NCBI GenBank assembly: GCA_009103225.1
Contig: RHPI01003330.1
Coordinates: 132,472-196,471, forward strand
Reading direction: 5' to 3'
Source of the DNA: Chlorokybus atmophyticus
Taxonomy: Eukaryota > Plantae > Mesostigma and Chlorokybus algae
Length of the DNA: 64,000 nt
The notes beneath the pieces were generated by a model. It saw only the letters and a program-made list of their open reading frames with translations, was not told the origin of the DNA and did not search any database. This document shows, in pieces, positions 32,221-45,779 of this stretch (the first letter of the stretch is position 1; each line of letters opens with the position of its first letter). The position numbers and the translations under genes were made by a program.

Positions 32221-33028
32221 TGGCATGTGACATTCTGCCACCTAACCCGTGGCTGGACCAAGGCCCGCCAGGGGCTGCTGAAAGCAAACGGAATGCTGGA
32301 AAGCGCGTGAGGCAGCTGGCATGCGCTGGAGAAGCTGACAGCTGGCAAGCACAAGACCGCTCATGCCCAGTAACTGCGGAGTTGGGGCAAGCTACCAGCC
32401 AAGGAAAGCTAAATGCTGGTGGCCAGAACACCACGTTTACATGTCGGTCGAACTTGCGTTGCTTGAAGCATAGGCAGCTCGTGCAGATCAAACGACGCTG
32501 TCATGCTTACTGTCAGTGAAACAACTTGCCGCGCACCTTCAGGCAGAACCTATAGCAGAGTTGACCATAACAGCAGCAGCGGCAGCACCCGCTGCTAGTA
32601 ACGCCTAGCAGTCCCCCATACTAGCTTGCCGCCCGGCGGAGTGGCAACACAGATTTACCGCTTCTGCCCCATTATCACCACCTCCACCTCCTCGCCCTCC
32701 ACCACCACCTCCGCCTCCTTCTGGCAAGCTACTGCAATATGCACGCGGCGCATGCAGTTCGCCTGTTGGCAGCCGGTGAGCGTGGAACAAACAAACACTA
32801 AGCTTGGAGCACATGTGTGTGTCTGTGTGTGTGTAATCCGTGCGTTTGCAGCAAGCGTACTGCTCCGTACTTAAAAGGCGGCGGTGCTGATGTATGAGAC
32901 AGGGGTTGAGGTGTAGTACAAGCAATGACTGCTTGCTGAGCTAGAAGTGGGTGGTGCAGTAGTACTAGTAGTAGTATTCAGGTGAGGCAGTTTGATAGCG
33001 GAGCAGGTGGGTACGGGTGGTGTTAGTG

Positions 33029-35311
33029 ATGGTTGCGGGGTCATTTGATCCGTGGGGCGGGCTGACAGGCGGCCTACTGATCGGCCTGGCCGCTTCCCTC
33101 CACCTCGCAGGCACGACCCCCAACTTACAACTGCATGCCTCCTGCATGCCTCACTCGTTTGGTGTTGTGTTAAACCTGACTGCTGTTTGCTTACCGTGGA
33201 TTTTGCGTTCATTCAAATCCTTCACCTGCCTTACTGACAGCTGCTAACAGCTGCATGCGTGCTGCGGTTGATACTGTGGCCTGAGTTGTGTCCGCATGCG
33301 TGGGAGTGTAGCAGAGTGGTATGGTATTGCTATTGCGCTGATATGTCCCTGTGATGGACTTAGCCTGTCTGGTGCGTGTGCACGTGCTTTTAGGTGTGGG
33401 GCGCATCACTGGCGTGTCGGGCATCGCCCACAGCGCACTGCTGCGGGGCCAGGGCGCCTGGCGCTTCGCCTTTCTTTGTGGTGCGTGCGCGGATGTGTTC
33501 TTGTGCAGGTGGCTGCGCATGCGCATGGGTGCGCGGTTGTGTGGATGCGTGTGACCAGCACGGGTGCACCAAACCCAATCACACGACTGGAAACAGCGGT
33601 GTGCGCCTGGTGCACACACCACGCAAAGTAACAATGCGTTGCCATGGTCAAAATTTGCCTCGCACATCATCACGCATGTGTCACTAGTCAAAGACACACA
33701 TTCATCCACCCCATCTCCGCCCCCTCTTGCAGGTCTTGTCACCTCTGGGCTGCTCATGGCCAACCTCAGCCGAACAATGTCATCATCGGCCCCTCACCAG
33801 CACTACTCCCAAGACTGGTCAGCGGCACTCGGTGTCACTGCTGTGGCCGGGGCGCTGGTAGGGTTTGGGAGTGCGATGGGTGGGGGATGCACGTCTGGCC
33901 ACGGTGAGAGGAAACACTTGGAATGTAATTATCAACGTCATCATCACCGTTGTTGTCATTGCCCACTGTGTGCATCAGGTGTTTGCGGGTTGGCGCGGTT
34001 GTCAAAGCGTTCCTTGGCAGCAGTGGTGACGTTCATGTCAGTTGCGGTCGTTACCGCTTCTCTGCTTCCTGTCGAGCAGGCGCCACTGATACCATCAGCT
34101 GCACAGTCCCTTAGTCATTCGCACAAAGGTGACACAGGTGTGCGCACCAATGCAGACATGCACGCACACACATTTGCACCATTGGTCCACCTCAGAGACA
34201 ATAGCTGCTCCTTACACAGGACCTATAATGGCGGCGGTACTGGCAGTGCTGTTGGGTATAGTCTCCCTATACAAGAGTCTGGTGCACAAGGATGGGGACA
34301 TTGTGGAGAGCGTGTGCTCATACGCGGCGGGCTCGCTGTTCGGGGTTGGTCTCATTAAGGCTCAGATGACAGACCCTCGCAAGGTCATGTCCTTCTTGCG
34401 CGTTCGTGATGGGATGTCCACATGGGATCCTACACTGGCGTTTGTCATGGGCGGAGCGCTGCTCGTGACGCTAGTTGCTTTTCGGATGATTCTCACGCGC
34501 AAGCAGCCGCTCATGGCAGCACAGTTTTCACTGCCGACTAAGTCGAGTTTCACGCGCCGGTTGTTCCTGGGATCGGCCGTGTTTGGAGTTGGCTGGGGAC
34601 TTGGCGGAGTCTGTCCCGGGCCGGGACTGGTTGGGTTGGGACTTACTGCTTCCAAGGTCAGTGTACATCAAATGCAGGACATGCATGCGCATGCACAACG
34701 TGTAGTCCAGTCAGCACGCAGCAACACATGCAAGGTGTCGTACAAATGACATTTAGTTGACCACCGGGCTACTACTAGCACGCTAATCTACTGCCTCTAC
34801 CCCGTTAGACATGCAGCAGTCAATATGCAGTTGGTAATCACCTGCCCACATGGGCGTTGGTTAGTTGTTGGCGCTTTTGGCCACGCAGACAGCATGCAAA
34901 TTGGCGACCAGGACTCCCCCTCCCTCTCTCCCTGGCTCCGCCGCCTTCCTCGCCCTCTGCAAGCGATGCAGCAGGGTTTGCTGGGTTGTGTCGTAGTTGC
35001 GTTGCACTGCCGACGTCAGCAGTGCCTGGTCCAGTGCCCCCTCCGCACAGGTTGTGCTGTGTTCAATTCGGGTGCTGGGCTGCTTAGGTGCTGGTTGGGG
35101 TTGGGTGGTGGGGTTGGTGTGTTGTGTGCACATGCAATGTTTTGTGTGTTGTGGATGAACAACAATGTATGCTTTGAGACGCTTATGATGTGTTGTCACG
35201 CAGGCTGCCTGGGTGTGGGTGGGTGGCATTCTGGCTGGGATGCTGCTGTACGACGTGGTAAATGCACATGTCCTTCCTCCCGCACAACCTGTTGTCTCTA
35301 AACAGGAGTGA
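33029..35311 (+). CDS. YeeE/YedE family (thiosulfate/sulfur-compound) transporter, two modules fused
   Basis: [11 protein letters not shown]...[92 protein letters not shown]. Confidence 0.88.
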
Positions 35312-35748
35312 AGCAGAGAAGTCTCGCTACCTTGATTTGTACGTATACATTCATACTGCTACCTCCTCGGTGATGTTACCGTGTCGAGCATCTCCAGTTC
35401 CTTGGCTCGCACAGGGGTACGAATTTCTACAGTGGTTGTGGTCAGACTGATACACTTGTACAGTTAGGAGCAATTATGCCGTGACTGGTGCTACTGTGAG
35501 GTTGGTGCTGTGGCATGGACCAGCAACAACCCAATGGCTCGTGTTAAGCTCATTTGAACGGATGGGTAGCAACCAATCATGCATGTACCATGCCACACAG
35601 CGTGCATATCACTGGTTGCATGTACATCCGCAATAGCCACCGTCTAGCCCCTTGTCTGTCCCGCTGAAACACGTACAGCTCTTATCCTCAAAAACAGGCA
35701 GAGCACGTGAAAGATGGCCTGCCTGCAAGCCGCGCACAAAACGGCATC

Positions 35749-38700
35749 CTACCGACGCTTTGCACCCCAGGCATTGGCAGGCTCGTCCTCCTCAGAGTCG
35801 ATGTCGCCGTACTGCCACAGGTTCAGCCGGGACTGCCTCGCCTGGTCCTGGTGCTCCAGCAGCTTCTTGATCTCCTGTGCCCTCCAGCCTGTGCCCCGCG
35901 CCTTCTCTAAGCGCGCAAGTCCGTTCTACCAGATCCAGCAAGTGGCAGTCAGTACTTAGCTCTGCATTGACTTACCCCCTCCGCTGCCAGGTTGGTTGAC
36001 AACGGTGTGCAAACCGCCACTCGTGAACAAAAGCAAATGCTTGCAAGCATGCAGGCATGATGTGGTACCTTGAGTAGCGCAATGTTGACGGTTTCTTGCA
36101 AGCCAGGGACGACCAACGTCACCATCAACTTGGATCCCTGCTTGCCCCCAGTTCTGTCCACTTCTTCAACACACGCAGTCAGCTCCTTCCCGGCAACCAG
36201 TCTGCCGAAGAGGTTGGCGGCATCCATGCCAAAGTCCTCATCCAGCTTGGGCACCTTGAGAAAGGCCAGCTGGCAAAGTTGCGCCTGCAAACAAACAGCA
36301 ACTTGGTCATAGAATGCCAAATCCATGCAACCAACGAGTGGAGCAACGTTGCCGCAACAGAATCAGCTAAAGCTTCCATGCTTCCTACCTGTTGTGGCAC
36401 CGCTCCCAAGTTGGCTGACACCTCCAGAGGACGCAACCTGGAGAAGGCAAGTGTCTCCCTGTTGCCATAGTCGAGGTAAAACACCTCATACTTTGTGTTG
36501 ATCTTGAGACCACTAGCATCCCTCAAAACACTTTCGACATATGCCCTGGCCCAGTTGTCATCCCCTGCACACGTTTGCAAGCAGTCAGTGCCTATCACTG
36601 ACTGAGTAACAACGAGACGGCTGGTGATGGGGCAGTTATCACACTGAAACGCACCTGTAAAACGGCCCAGAACGATGTCACCGCGTTTGGGGTCAAACAT
36701 AACAGGCGGCAGCTTCTCGGCAAGATCCAAAGACAATGAGCGAAGCTGTTCTTCCAACCATGGCAGCTGTGGTTCGCCTGTGATCTTTTGCACATAAAAC
36801 TCGGTGGCGTCCTTTATTTCCGAAACTCGCACCTGACAGTCATAGAGAAGACCTTGGTAACCTGCAATGGTTGTACAGCTTTCACGCATGTCCACAAAAA
36901 CAAAATTGTTCTTACGCGTAGCATTTCTTTATTCCTGTTGCCAACGTCACCGCTTGCACTGTCATCGCCCTCTCCAGCAACAGGTTCGACGTAGTTCTGC
37001 CAGATGTTCACGCGCTGCTTCTTAGCAAGTGCCTCTGCAGCCATGAGCTCATTGCCTCCGGGCACCCTATCTGCACTGAATGAAGGGTGCAGCGTTGCCA
37101 ACCCATTCGACAAGAGCTCTACACCCACGTTGGTCTGCAAAGGCGTGATGAACCAACTCAATCACAGGGCATGGCACCCTCATACAATTAGTGACTTGGA
37201 CAACAGCAACAAACTGTCATCAAGAAACAATGGTGCACCCTATTCAGGAAGAGGCGGCCAAGAAAAGTTCCTGTCTTATCAATGCTTTCAATCTCCACCT
37301 CGACATCATGCTGCAAACATAGACACAGAGTCGATGCATGTTCTCATCAAACGCCCAACTTGCAGATACAAGCAGGAACGGTTGTACAGCGCCGTTTACC
37401 TGCAGGATCTTGTGGCGCATGAACTGGAGTGCTTCCTCAGCATAAGGCTCATCCTTTCCAGGACAACGCACGCCCGACAACGAAAACGCAATGCCACATG
37501 ACTCCTTGGGAATGAAGAGCTTGTACCTACAAGTTGGCAACGATCAGCACTTGAGCTCAGCTTGCAGCACGCCGCAGGCACCTCAAGTATGCCACATGCA
37601 AACCTCTAGTACCAAAGGATGGGGTACCTGTGACCGGAGAGAACATACTCTACCACTGCAGATACGCGGCCAGTGCGCTGGAAAAAAGGAAGATACTGCT
37701 TGGCCCTGTTCGCAGCGTTCTGGGAAACATCATTGATCAAACCCGAAGGAGGCTCCTTGGCGGAGTGCAATCCTTTCTTGTCTTTCTGTGCTTTGGCCTC
37801 AGCCGCCAACAGCTGATCATAGTGCAGAGATCGTTCCTCCTGTAACAAAATTAATGCCTCAGTACGTACGTACGTACGTACAATGCATGAGTGCTCCAGA
37901 TCACAAGGCCTCAGCAGAGCAGAACGCAATGATATTGGGTTGTGCTTGCTACCATTCAACCCCCACCGCACCTGCTCACGATGCCGCACGACAGTTGCTA
38001 GGCCCCTCACAATCAGCATTTCTGCCACATTTGCGCCCAAACTTTGTCCATTTGCTGCATCTGTGCGTTCCTTGTCAGGCAGCGGCAGGAACATTGACCC
38101 AAATGCCATGTCCCTGTCACCGCCTGGCAATGCAGGTGCGCCCTCCGCAGCAGTTACCTGGTGGTATAGAACCAAGTTATCAAGTAAAAGAACAGAAACA
38201 ATCCCACCGGGGATGAGAGGGGNNNNNNNNNNNNNNNNNNNNNNNNNNNNNNNNNNNNNNNNNNNNNNNNNNNNNNNNNNNNNNNNNNNNNNNNNNNNNN
38301 NNNNNNNNNNNNNNNNNNNNNNNNNNNNNNNNNNNNNNNNNNNNNNNNNNNNNNNNNNNNNNNNNNNNNNNNNNNNNNNNNNNNNNNNNNNNNNNNNNNN
38401 NNNNNNNNNNNNNNNNNNNNNNNNNNNNNNNNTGGAGTACACAAGGAGGGGCATAATGTTACTGCCGCACTGACCTTCCTTGTGTACTCCATAGTGACAT
38501 GGACTTCTTTGCCAATAAGCCGTTGGCGCAGAAACTCTTTGGCTTCGCGTGCATAAGGTGCAGCTCGTTCCTCGCGCCTGGGATTGCCCATGCGCGGTGC
38601 TCGGATGCTGGAGAGTGCAACTCGCCTCTCCGCTTGTGGTCCCGGAGGCAGCGACAGGTCACGAACTACGATGATGTCACCGCTGATAACTTCAACCACC

Positions 38701-41338
38701 TAAGAAGCAAGCAACATCAGTGTCTGACTGCACGCTCCCTACAAGCAAGGCAGTGCAAAGGACCCACCCGGCCAGTGAAGTTGTCATTCAGAATAGCTGT
38801 AGAGTTTGACGGTGGAGGCACATAGTTGCGCCAGAGGCATAGTTGTGCTTGTTTAGCCGCACGCTCCGCAGCTCGGAGTTTGGTTCGCACTTCCAATGGC
38901 AGCATAGCTGCACTCCAGTCAACCATTTTCACTAGACCCTGTTGCAGACATGTTTAGCGACATGCGAGGCAGCGTACAACCAATACGTTTCCTGCGTTTT
39001 AGCACAATGTTTGCTGATTTGCACCTGCTTGAGGAGCTCTTCCGCAATATCTCGTGGTTGGTCGTCCTCAGGGTAGAAGACAGAACCAAAGAGGTTTTGG
39101 TACTTGTCTACGCCTTCTAGAACAACCCTCACCTGCAGATGCATAATGAGTAACATAATGACTGACACACAACAAGCGACACTTGCCGATAAACAATGCA
39201 GCACGCAATACACTTGCAAGCGAAAGCAACAGCTCAAACTTGTAGTTGTCGTGACATACTCAAGACGGTAATCTCAGAAACAAACTACAAAACTGTTCGT
39301 GCAGGATATGCTGCTGTGCATGCTTACATCTCGATGCAGAATCCGGCACTCAGCATAATGCTTGGCTTCGCGGGCATAAGGCTCAGCGGCAGTGTCTGAA
39401 TTGATGGATGAAGCCAGGCGTTGTGCAGAAGACAAAGGGGCTCCAGGCTCAGATGCACCAGACGTTGTGGGTTTGCCATTTGTGTCCTGTCCGCCCTCTG
39501 ATACTGCAGGAGCAGCAGGCTGGGCCTTCTTGCCCATTGACGGTGCCTACATGCATGACAGGTGAATAACTACAATTACAGCGAGCAACTCTTGTCAGTA
39601 TACAAAACAGCACACCCGCACCTGAATGCCAGCCAGGTATATTGCAACAAACTGCATCTCTGGTAGCAGCCACGCCCGTAAGAAAGCGCCATCACGCACG
39701 CTCTGGGATGTGCCAGGTTCAGTACAACGCGTCAACAAGAACAGTGTCAATTTTCGAATACATCACGAGCCTGCAGACAACGGCCATGCAAACACACACC
39801 ACGATATGGAAACAAGCATCATATGCTGCAGTGCAGCACCTCCACTATTGCCGCCAGAGGCTTGCCCTTGTAGGATGCCAGAAGCTCCAATGCATCAAAT
39901 GTACTGCCTTCTGAGCCAGCAGCACCTGGAAGCTTTCGAACAGACGCTTCTGCAGCTCCTGGTTCCTGTGAGATGTGACTTCAGCATAAGTACTTGAGTG
40001 TTTGGGCAAGTTTGAACTCATTCTGCACAGACACTGCTGCAAACCTTGCTCCAGATGCCCGAACCAGCCTGCTGTGCTACATCTTGAAGCCGCAAAAGCT
40101 CTTCGTACTGTGCAGCTTCTGCATCCCTTTGCTCCCGTACCTGCCATTACATTGGGCCAGCGTTAGGTGTCGAAGGTGTCAACACACATCGAATCACAGC
40201 GCAGCGACCCTATGAGGCACGAACCTTGGCCCAGCCATGCTCCACAACATCATGGCCTACGTTGACGTTGCCCTCGGCCAAGTATACCGTGCCAAACTCC
40301 CGGCCGATGGTTGGAACAGCATAGTCGACACGAAAAGTGACTTGCTGTGAAGCGATAAGAGTGTCAATGGCGCAGGCGCCCATGCAGACATGAGCAGCTT
40401 ATCAATTTCACGAACCTTGCCAATGCATCTCCTGCGCAGGTATTCCTTGCTCTGCCATGCCCAAGGTTCGTCCCTGCTTGTGCCATCACGACGAGCCTGC
40501 AGTGCGCAATCACTTGTGAATGTGGCACTGCTGAGTCGTCAGTGCTGTGCAGGTGCCACCAGTGCAAGGCCATGATGAATTCAGGAAGTACATCTGTGTG
40601 CTCAACCCGCGCAGATTGACTGCATGCAGCCAAGCGCTCATTGCCAGTATTACACTCTGCATGTGCTGAGAAGCCTGGTAAGGTACGCATCACAACGACA
40701 GCATTGTCGCGGACAGTATGCAGAACTCTACTATCAGCATGTCAGCAGAGGAGAGCTATTTGGAAATCAACCAGGAGGCCATCAAGGTGCCAAACCAACA
40801 CAAGGCAGACTATTAACAACATATAACTACATGACAAGGGTGCAGCCTGGCGCACAGGGCCATGGCATTCTCCGCGACAGTTTTACAACAGTCCTTTGAA
40901 GCTAGCCTTGCGAGTTGCAACATGCAGACGCCCTAACGTGGCGTGCCTCTTACCGGGAAGTGGGTCGCCTGCTGCTACACACTGTTCCAGAACAGTGTGT
41001 AGCAGTTGCATGCTGCAGGCGAAACGCCGAAGCGACATTGCGAATCATGGCCGTCAAGCTACCAGACTAAGCAGAAATTGAAGGCCAACTGACACGTTCT
41101 CCGTCGGCACAAGCTAGTCAAGCGCAAACAGACAATGCACCTGCTGACCCTTGCAGCCCTTCGCCACAGTGCACCGCACTCAACTCACCATCCTGGGAGC
41201 GATGAGACCAGTGAGCGTGATGGTCTTCTCGGGCGGCGGACCTCCTCGGACATTGCCGATGATTACCAGGGAGTCGCCGCTAGGAACGGCCTTCACGGTC
41301 CCACGCATCCACGTGCTCGGCGCACCAGCACCCGCCAT
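35749..41338 (-). CDS. SND1: Tudor staphylococcal nuclease (Tudor-SN/SND1), multi-exon, spans an N gap
   Basis: WMRGTVKAVPSGDSLVI..EKTITLTGLIAPRM, AREAKHYAECRILHRDV, VEVISGD..LSSIRAPRMGN, NVAEMLIVRGLATVVRH, Tudor NWARAYV..VFYLDYGNRE, terminal NIWQYGD. Confidence 0.95.
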
Positions 41339-42223
41339 ACTGCAAGCAAGTGAGGGAGAGCAAGAAGCAAGCCGAACAACCTCGTGGGTACTACTGGCTT
41401 TATGAACTCAACAATAATGTCGACGACAACAAGAAGGACGCCACTGATGACGCCGCCGTACTAAGCTACTTGAGCTGACAGTTTGCCTCGCCCTGGCGGA
41501 TATCACTCACTGCACACAGCTCATATCGTGTCTAACTCGATATCGCGCTCTTTAGTACTTCGCGCACGTTTTGTTGCCCAGAGTTAGGGCGTTAGGACGC
41601 TTAACGTTCAATGTCGCGCATGCTGAATCTCGATCTTGCCGTCAGATGGAGCGAACTGCCCGGGTGCGGGATGTTGATATCTTGCGCAGCGCGCATGCCT
41701 GCACTGAACGCTTGCATTAACGTGCGCCTTGCCACGTGTGTCAGCTCAAGCGTCACTGTGCCACCAATTGGCGGCGGCGACGGCGGCGGCGAGGTGGTTG
41801 AGGACGCTGGTGGCGTGAGAATTGCCGGCCTTTGTGAACATGACACTCACGGTGAGTGGGAATGCACCTTTTCCTCGGCTAGAACCAAGTTTGCGGACGG
41901 GCTGGGGAGTGCGTCATTTTCGTCTAGCAGCAGCTTGTTGTGAGCACGATTGCGTGCCGCTGTCACATTGCTTGTTGTCAGTAAGGCAATGCAGCTTTGA
42001 TAGCCTGGCCATTCTATTTAGTAGGTACGAAGCGGTGCAATGCTTGACGGATAGCGGTGTTTTCTTCAGTGTGCATGCAGCGCAGGCAAATCTCATCATC
42101 AAACTCACCTTTGGAGCAATTTCAGCTTTCTGCGATACTTAGTGTCAGCACGTCCTGTGAAGTGCTTGCATTTGCTGTTCGTTATCGGGCAACAGCAAGT
42201 CCCAACTCCAAGTTCGTGCGCAG

Positions 42224-45200
42224 GAGTGCATTACTGGCAACAAAGCCGTCAAAGACGTGAAAACCAAACTTAAGAAGAACAAGTCAGTAGCGCCTCCGGC
42301 TCCTGTCGTCGCCGTGTTTGAGCAGTATGCCAGTGACAAGCGATACATGCGAGCGTCGGAGCTTTTGCAATTCATGCGAGTGGAGCAAAGAGACATTGCT
42401 GCAAATGAAACCACAGTGCAGGTAAGGGGATGGCAGGACCCCTCTCAGTGCACATGAAGGCAGTATCTGCATACGAGCTTGACTGCAAGGCATGCAAGTT
42501 ACGACCTGGTGTCAAGTCGAAACTGTAACGCATGCACATTCATGCTGATACTGGTGGCTGAGCATGTGTAGAAAATGCAGCATATTTATCACCTGTCGCA
42601 TGTTGTCCACTGCTTGTTGTGGCTGGCAGCACCGGGGTGTGCAACATTTACCCCACGCTGTATGTGTACTGCAGTGTGCTTGTTTGTTCTGACACTGCTT
42701 GGCAGGCTGTGATGGAGAAGTGGAAGAGCGACGTGAAGTCAGCAATGTTGAATCTGGCCGGCAAAATGCATGCAGACACGTAAGTGACCTTGCTAGCGTC
42801 CTGGCGTGCAGTCAGCACGAGCTCGTTGTTCTTCAACTCGTTTCTTGCGTTGGTATCGTCCACTCTATCTTCTTGGCTGACAAGCGTTGTACATGGCAGG
42901 TCGCAACCTCCACCGGTAGGCTGCAGAACAGCGCGCTAGGATGATAATAATAACTGCATTGAATATATCTTATGCTCATATTGGCACTGCAGACAGGTTT
43001 GTTCTGGACTGTTGAGAGCTTCATGCGCTACTTGCTGGACGCTGAATGGAATGATCCCTTGAAACCAGTAGGTCTCATCATCTGTAGTGTGTGTGCAAGC
43101 CCAACCGCTTTGCACCACCTTTGGCCGTTTTATAGTTATTGGTTTGCTTGCAGGTGTCGGGTGTCACAGACGATATGACACTGCCATTGTACAACTACTA
43201 CATATATGCCTCCCACAACTCGTACCTCACCGGCAACCAACTGACAAGCAGGAGTTCGTCTCGGCCTGTGGTTGAGGCGCTGCTTGCAGGCTGTCGCATT
43301 GTCGAATTGGACCTTTGGGAGAAGGGAGGCAAGATTAAAGTCCTTCACGGAGGGTAACAGCAACGACGCATGAGTTACTCTGGTGCTATCTGTCCACTGC
43401 TCCTTGTCCGATTTATGGCGCCAACCGTTTTGCACGTGCAGCACTTTGACAAAGGCAGTAGCTTTTGAGAAGTGTGTCAAGGCTGTCAAGGACAACGCCT
43501 TTGTCGCGTCTCCATATCCCGTTGTTCTTAACCTGGAGAACCACCTTTCTCCGCCAATGCAGGCACAATGTGCCCAGGTGCGTGTCCTGCTGTGTTCCTA
43601 CCAGAGTTGTAGATATCCAAAGGTGCTGACAACAGTTGGCGATGCTCTGGTGCACTAGATTTTGCGGGACATCTTGGGGGACACACTGTACAGCCATGGT
43701 GGCGACAGAACGGTGGAAGTTCTGGCATCTCCTGAGGCACTCAGGTCGTGGTGAATGCAGTCTTGTTAACTCGCAGTATGGCTTGTGCATGGGCGCGTGT
43801 ACTGAAGAGAAATGTTCCACTCTCTGTCAGAGGTAGAATCATTATCAGCGACAAACCCTCTGAACCATCGGTTGCTGAGGTCAAGCAGGCTGCTAAGGCA
43901 GCTGCAAACCAACCAGGTATGAAAGTTCAATGCTGCCAGTCATTGGTTGGGAAATACCTCTTAGGAGCGGACTCAAACTGTGACCAGCCAAAGCATAGTC
44001 AGCATCTCACGGTGGGCTGTCGCAGCTGGCCCTCCACAGCCCGATCCATTGGATGCGCCGATCATTGCTGAATCAGAGGCAGCTCAGCGTCCACAACCTG
44101 CGCCGGTATGGATGCATGCATTGATTACTGCACAGTTGTCACCATGACGTCCTGAGGCAGAAGCATTAAGCCTTATAGCTATTTGCTTTGGCTAAGGGCC
44201 AACATGGCACGACAGTGCCTATTCTTGGTTTGTTGCATAGTTGGTGATTCAGTATAAAAGTTGACCGTGGGACTGTGTAGGCTTAGCCATGATGCCGGTA
44301 CGAGTTGTATCTAATGTGTGGGTATAACAGGGCGCAACACATGGTGAGGTACACGATACATCAAAGAAGCCTATACCTGAGTTAGATCAGCTGCTGTATA
44401 TTACTTGTGAGAAGCCCCGCGCACTGGAAACCTGTTTGCAACTGCAAGGATATGAATGCATGATGCTCAACATGAGCGAGCCTCAGCTGACGAAGCTATT
44501 ACAGCTTGATGCTGCAGGAGTGGTGAAGTAAGTCACAGTGCTGACAAGCAATGACATTGTGAGTCAATGATAGCCGGCTTGCATGCATGAACTGAAGTGT
44601 TGGTGTTGCAGGTACACAGCAAAGCATCTAATACGAGTATACCCATTCGGTCTCAGATTTGATTCGTCCAATCTGGACCCCATGCTTTCTTGGTCTCATG
44701 GCATTCAAGTCCCTGCTCTCAACACACAAAGTCGTGTAAGTCCTGTGTCAACGAAAGTTTAATGACGGTTGCATGCATGGTTGCATAGCTACCACATGCT
44801 GGAGTCTTGTGCATGCGCACTAACCTTGCAATCACTTGCAGGGACAACCTCTGTGGCTTGCAAGGGCATTGTTTCGAAAAAATGGCAATTGCGGCCTGGT
44901 CAAGAAACCTGACTGCTTCCTTGATGGCACTGCCCTGTCTGGGACGCTTCCTGTCAAAACACGATTAAAGGTTAGCATCCTGCAGCGGACATCGCCGTTC
45001 AGCTGATGGTTGTATGCTGGTGTTGGGGGTATTTGATGAAAGCAACCTCATGCTTAAGCACCCCAGCGCGTGACGCGTGCAGTTATTGGCCGATTCGAGT
45101 GCTTGTGTATGACATGTGCCATCCTGTGGCAGATCAATGTCTTGTTCGGGCGCGGTTGGAACAGGGCCTTTGACCTCCTGAGCAAGCCAGACTTCTATCT

Positions 45201-45492
45201 CAAGCTGAAAATCTTTGGCGTGCCGCAAGACAGTGCAAAGCAGAAGACGTCCGTCGTCAAGTCGCGACAGCCTGTCTGGAATCATCAGTTTGAATTCACA
45301 ATCGCAGTCCCAGAGCTGGCACTGTTGCTTATGGAGGTCTATGACTACGACTCGAGTGATAAGAACGACTTCGCTGGACAGTTCTGTGCTGCTGTTACAG
45401 ATCTGCGACCGGGGTACCGCGTGTTCCAGCTGCGCGACAAGAAGGGGCAGCCGACAAGTGCAACTGTGTTGGCGCGGGTTGAGGTTGCTTAG
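42224..45492 (+). CDS. PLC: Phosphoinositide-specific phospholipase C, plant type (EF-hand, X, Y, C2); 5' end unresolved
   Basis: DMTLPLYNYYIYASHNSYLTGNQL, GCRIVELDLW, VLHGGTLT, SPYPVVLNLENH, LIRVYPFGLRFDSSN, C2 PDFYLKLKIFGVPQD...DFAGQ..LRPGYR. Upstream exons may lie at 41611-42140. Confidence 0.93.
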
Positions 45493-45779
45493 AGTCGTGA
45501 CATCTGTGTGCAAGGCCTTTTGTCCAACTCAGTGGTTCACGCTTATGGTGAGGTGATGTTTTGTAAATGTTGCATAGTATCCTTTAGTTACAGAAGTTGT
45601 CAGTCGCCTGTGCGTGTACCAAGATTGTGTACGCAGCCATTGGCATGTGGATGTCATTGCACATGTTGCAAACACTCTGCCTACAGCGTCAAACTGTTAC
45701 ATCAGACTGCACAAGTGAGTGTATATATTATGCTGTCGTTGTAGCCAACATCAACTCACAGGAACAATCACATCCATGT

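Noticed and set aside
41611-41943. Separate gene or PLC first exon at 41611
   Set aside because: It has a good donor at ~41851, but I could not find an in-phase, stop-free path to the PLC exon at 42224; left unresolved.
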